Source of the DNA: Takakia lepidozioides
Taxonomy: Eukaryota; Plantae; Bryophyta
Direction of reading: 5' to 3'
NCBI GenBank assembly: GCA_030704615.1
Contig: CM060732.1
Location: forward strand, 3,348,001 to 3,412,000
Length of the DNA stretch: 64,000 nt
Below the pieces are notes generated by a model. The model saw only the letters and a program-made list of their open reading frames with translations, did not search any database and was not told the origin of the DNA. The position numbers were made by a program, and so were the translations under genes. The first letter of the stretch is position 1. The number at the start of each line of letters is the position of its first letter. Below, in pieces: positions 60,064 to 64,000 of the stretch.

Positions 60064-61138
60064 TGTTAGAGGACTGTAGGGGACTTAGACACTTATACGG
60101 GATCTGTAGGGTACCCTTAATTTTTGCACAGACTGAGACAAACAGGAACCTTAGGGGTGACAGCAGAGCACTGTAGAAGGGGGTTACACAGCCCACACAG
60201 CCAGTCACAGCCCGGCATAGCCACACAGCCAGTCACAGCCCGGCATACCCACACAGCCGACACAGCCGACACAGCCACACAGCCCGACACAGCCGACACA
60301 GCCCACACAGCCCGACACAGCCGTCACAGCCCACACAGCCCACACAGCCGTCACAGCCAACACAGCCCGTCACAGCCGTCACAGCCCACACAGCCCGTCA
60401 TAGTCGTCACAGCCCACACAGCCCACACAGCCCGTCACAGTCGTCACAGCAGACACAGCCCACACAGCCAGTCACAGCCCGGCATAGCCACACAGCCAGT
60501 CACAGCCCGACACAGCCAAACACAGCCAGTCACCGCTTGACACAGCTGTCACGATAATAGGGAACGAAGAGTAGGACAGGGAACGACTGTGGGGAACAAC
60601 ACCAGAGAAGGGAACATGTTAGTTCACATACGACGGTTAGAGAGGGAAACGGTTAGAACCGCGGATAGGAGGATAAAGGGAAGAACGGGGATTATGATGA
60701 GATCATTATTCGGGGAGGACTTGGGAGTCAGGCGGAAGCGGAGATCGGAGAGCACGATGAAGGAGGATTAGTAGATGCTTGTTAGATGCAAAGCCGTAGG
60801 GATATTGTAGAGGAGAATAGAGATACAATGGCTTCGGCCTGATACCTGATAAATCATAATCTGATATTTATACGATACAATCACACTGTGTAGAGAGATC
60901 TGAGTGAAGCTGTGGATTGAATGGAGGAGTGAAGGAAACTAATACGTAATTATCAATGGTAAGGTAGCTAAGATGAATGCGAAAAGGGAAACAAATAGGA
61001 AACACCCCCATGATACACTAGCTGTAGGTCATGACTGATTGTTCTGCGCGGGCTGAGTACTTAGAGATTTCCAACTCTTCTATCTTGGAGTTTCCGCCTC
61101 GGATAGCGAAGGGATGGGTGAGTAAAAGCCGCGCGACA
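60064..61138 (+). repeat. 3' LTR
   Basis: Direct repeat of 45312-46387, followed by TSD CCTGC. Confidence 0.95.
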
Positions 61139-62616
61139 CCTGCCTCCGGCCACCTAACCACCAACTGGCCACTTCATTGATATCATTCCCTGTAACCACC
61201 ACCTTTGAATCAAAGGTCTCACGAACATGGTTCAGTACAGCCGTTGGTCATATTATCATATCGTCATATTTCCTTGCTTCTAGGTTGTGATCATCGACCC
61301 TTTAGAACCTTCCTGATAAGCTCATATTCACAGGTCTATAGCCGCATCGTCATATCCCTTCACACATTGGGTATTCAGTTGAAACCCAATCAACTAGCTT
61401 TTGCAGCCGCTCCTCACTAATACCACCGCAAAGCAAACAGGCATACCAGACAAAGTCCCCGAGTAAGACATATTTCATGAGCAACCTTCATCGGACTTCT
61501 GCTCCATCATAAACAACATATTACCTGCATACAGGTACTTCCAGAGTGAAGGTTACTATGAGCATCTGCGCATAGCCTCGATCTCTATGCACAAAACGCC
61601 TGCTGGTACAAATTGGTTAACTCCTGCGGACTGCCCTCTCCCAACCTAAAGGCTGGTTGCTCCCTGCAACCTTGGTGTCAGACATGGAGCAGATCTGATT
61701 GACCCGTAAATCCCCTACCCTGGTCGCTGGGAGTTCTGAGATGTTATGAAGTGATGTAACCAGTCGACCACAAATCGCATCAAAGAGTATTTGATTCATC
61801 GTGTTGGCATCCCATCCTGTCCCTCCACTTCGTCTTCTTCGTCAAGTTCACGCTTCACAGCTGCTCCAGAACCTCCCGAGCTTTATTGTTGTTCATAAAC
61901 ATTTCAAGTCGGAAGCCCAAGCATCTTGGTTGCCGCTCCTTGTAGATCGCATGCAGGCAACAACCTGTTTCTGCACAAGGGAGTCATCTCTGCGACCAAC
62001 TCCTGACTCGTTACGAGCCAGCCACTCTCAAGCATTTTTATCATTTCATTTTTTTAATTTTTTTTAATTTTTAAGACTACAGATCAGCTGAAAGCAGGTA
62101 ATACGTACACTGCTAACTCTCAGCTCACCTTGCACTCACCTGACTGCACATCATATTTATGCTTCCATCTCTTTCATCTCTTTGCTGCCACTAAGCTTCA
62201 TACAAACACAAGTGTTCTTAACACATTGTCTATCTAGCCTAGCACTAAAAAGACTAGACGTGATCTCTCTTGAGTGATATGAAAACTAAACTCACACTGT
62301 CTCTGTTGACACAAAACACGAAATAGAATACAATCACTCGTCAAAAATAAGAGTCGAGCCAGGGGCACCCCAAGCTATGGGGACTCCACCCCACAACATC
62401 CTACTCTCCCTCCATAAGTACACTCAGATGCTAAGCAGCGAGGGAGCTCGGTCGTGCAGACTCAACTCAAGAGAGATGAGCCGCACGACTGACGAGCTCA
62501 TGAAGATAAGATGGTTCAGGTGTCAAGCTAAACTTGACACCTGACTTAACACTTGAACTAATTCCAAGTGTTAAATACAAATAATTAGATTTATTCTAGT
62601 TAGTTTCACACTGTGT

Positions 62617-63075
62617 TTATTTAACTTGACACTCCTTATATTGTTTTTGAGCTTCTGCTAGGTGGAATGTAAGCTCCTTGTGAATCGTAGCAAGATGAGT
62701 AGCAAGGTTTTCTGCAGCAGGGCTTCCAACAGTCTTCATGTGGAAAGGGTTTGCTCGAGGATGATGGCCATAATTGGAGAAAAATGCAGTTTGCTTGGTC
62801 GAAGAATATATAGTGTTGTTGTAGGCAAACTCAGCTAATGGCAGAAGGTCCGTCCAATTATCTTGGTGATAATTTATCATACTGTGAAGATACTACTCCA
62901 AAATTTGGTTTACGCGTTCGGTTTGACCATCAGTCTATGGATGATTAGCTGTAGAGATGTTGATCTTAGTATCCAATATGTGAAATAATCCCCTCTAGAA
63001 ATTTGATATGAACTGTGGTCCTCGGTCGGAAGTCCATGAATGTCGTAGATATTATTGAGGAAGATGTCGTGCGCA
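62617..63075 (-). pseudogene. Decayed gypsy integrase fragment of a third family
   Basis: HGLP.., DGQTER, QDNWTDLLPLAEFAYNN..STKQT.F..NYG.HP. Confidence 0.75.
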
Positions 63076-63532
63076 TACATATCGCTACACAACTACATCG
63101 TTGTCCAGAACCACACAACACATGTGCACACCAAACACTAGTCTACCACTAGTCTACCACTAGTGCACCACTAGGCTGCCACTAGCCACCGCTAGTGCAG
63201 TTACTAGTCCACCACTAGGCTACCACTAGTCCATCACAATCGCCCCCCTAGCTGGCGCTTAGGTCCTTCTAAGTCCAGGTAGCCACAAGATGTGATAGTG
63301 GCCATAGCCTCACTAAGTCCTCCACCACTGTCCCTACTATACTCAAACTCGATAGATCAAGAGGAGGGGTACAAGCGTTGCCCCATCATTAGTCGTCATC
63401 TTGCAACCTGTGAACTTGAGCCTAGGATCTCGTATATTGACTCCGATGAGCTTGGCCCCACATGTCTTGTTAGCTGCCACTAGTTATATCCACTGCCACT
63501 ATCCCAAGCAGTGTGTACATAACCAATCTCCA

Positions 63533-64000
63533 TCAGGCCTCCACACATGCCGTTGAGAGGTGATGCAGTTTCTCCAACTGCATGGTTGGCTGCATGGCCC
63601 GAGAATAGTGTTTTGAAATCTCGGGGATGAAGTCCTTTCCAAGTGTCGGATCTGCAATGGCCACCAGCTTCACAAGCTTTGACTTGTATTTGGTTCTGGA
63701 CTTGACCCCGACTTCCTTCAAGTGCTCAGTCAATGACTACAACATTTTTAATTGCCCCTCATTTTCCATGAAGAAGCGTTTGGCATGGGCCAAATCCAGC
63801 TTGATGTTTGACTGCCAAGAAAAACATGCAGAAGCATTACATTCGATCCATGTGGAAAGGTGACTGGAAATTGGGGAAGGATGAGCAGAGGAAAATGGGA
63901 GGATGACTTACTTCGTATATCACCTCCACCATTCCATCCATAGTGAGGCGATACCATGTCCAGTCTGTTTTTGCCACGACTTTTTGAATAAGCTCGGGCT
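63533..64000 (-). pseudogene. Another fragment of the family B ParB-MTase cargo gene, running off the window end
   Basis: EHLKEVGVKSRTKYKSKLVKLVAIADP.LGKDFIPEI.KHYSRAMQPTMQLEKL is nearly identical to 38239-38523; upstream intron and exon are present. Confidence 0.85.

Larger units (their letters stand above)
45312..61138 (+). mobile_element. Full-length non-chromovirus (Athila/OTA-like) Ty3/gypsy LTR retrotransposon with extra ORFs
   Basis: LTRs 45312-46387 and 60064-61138 (TG...CA, near-identical outside the microrepeat); perfect TSD CCTGC; PBS; PPT; gag-PR-RT-RH-IN order; no chromodomain. Confidence 0.93.

Noticed and set aside
63135-63260. CCACTAG short tandem iterations
   Set aside because: Short, degenerate low-complexity repeat with no supportable function.

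Overview
Eukaryotic, repeat-dense (heterochromatin-like) window, most likely from a plant; a non-seed land plant is my inference from the element types and the GT-AG introns. No ordinary host gene is evident. It is a nest of transposons. (1) Two related families (A, B) of large Mutator-like DNA transposons with short imperfect TIRs. The complete family A copy carries a GCM/WRKY-like Zn finger-DDE-SWIM transposase and a divergently transcribed, intron-containing gene whose product fuses a ParB/Srx-like domain (WDGNHR) to a beta-class amino (N6A/N4C) DNA-methyltransferase-like domain. Family B has the same two genes, but in separate fragments. (2) Arrays of family-specific 22-bp palindromes (A: GGAAATTCGGCGCCGAATTTCC / GGAAATCCGGCGCCGGATTTCC; B: GGAAATGCGGCGCCGCATTTCC), spaced at near-integer helical turns (32, 42, 53, 73, 84, 96 bp). 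They lie between or upstream of the genes, downstream of the transposase and inside the homologous intron of the cargo gene. (3) A chromodomain Ty3/gypsy family nested repeatedly into itself and into the DNA transposons. (4) A full-length 15.8-kb non-chromovirus (Athila-like) LTR element with extra 5' and 3' ORFs, spanning a 500-N gap with a duplicated contig end. The main candidate novel system is the Mutator-borne ParB-MTase together with its phased palindrome arrays, a possible VANDAL/VANC-like or parS-like self-marking system. Most ORFs carry stops or frameshifts, some of which may be sequencing errors.
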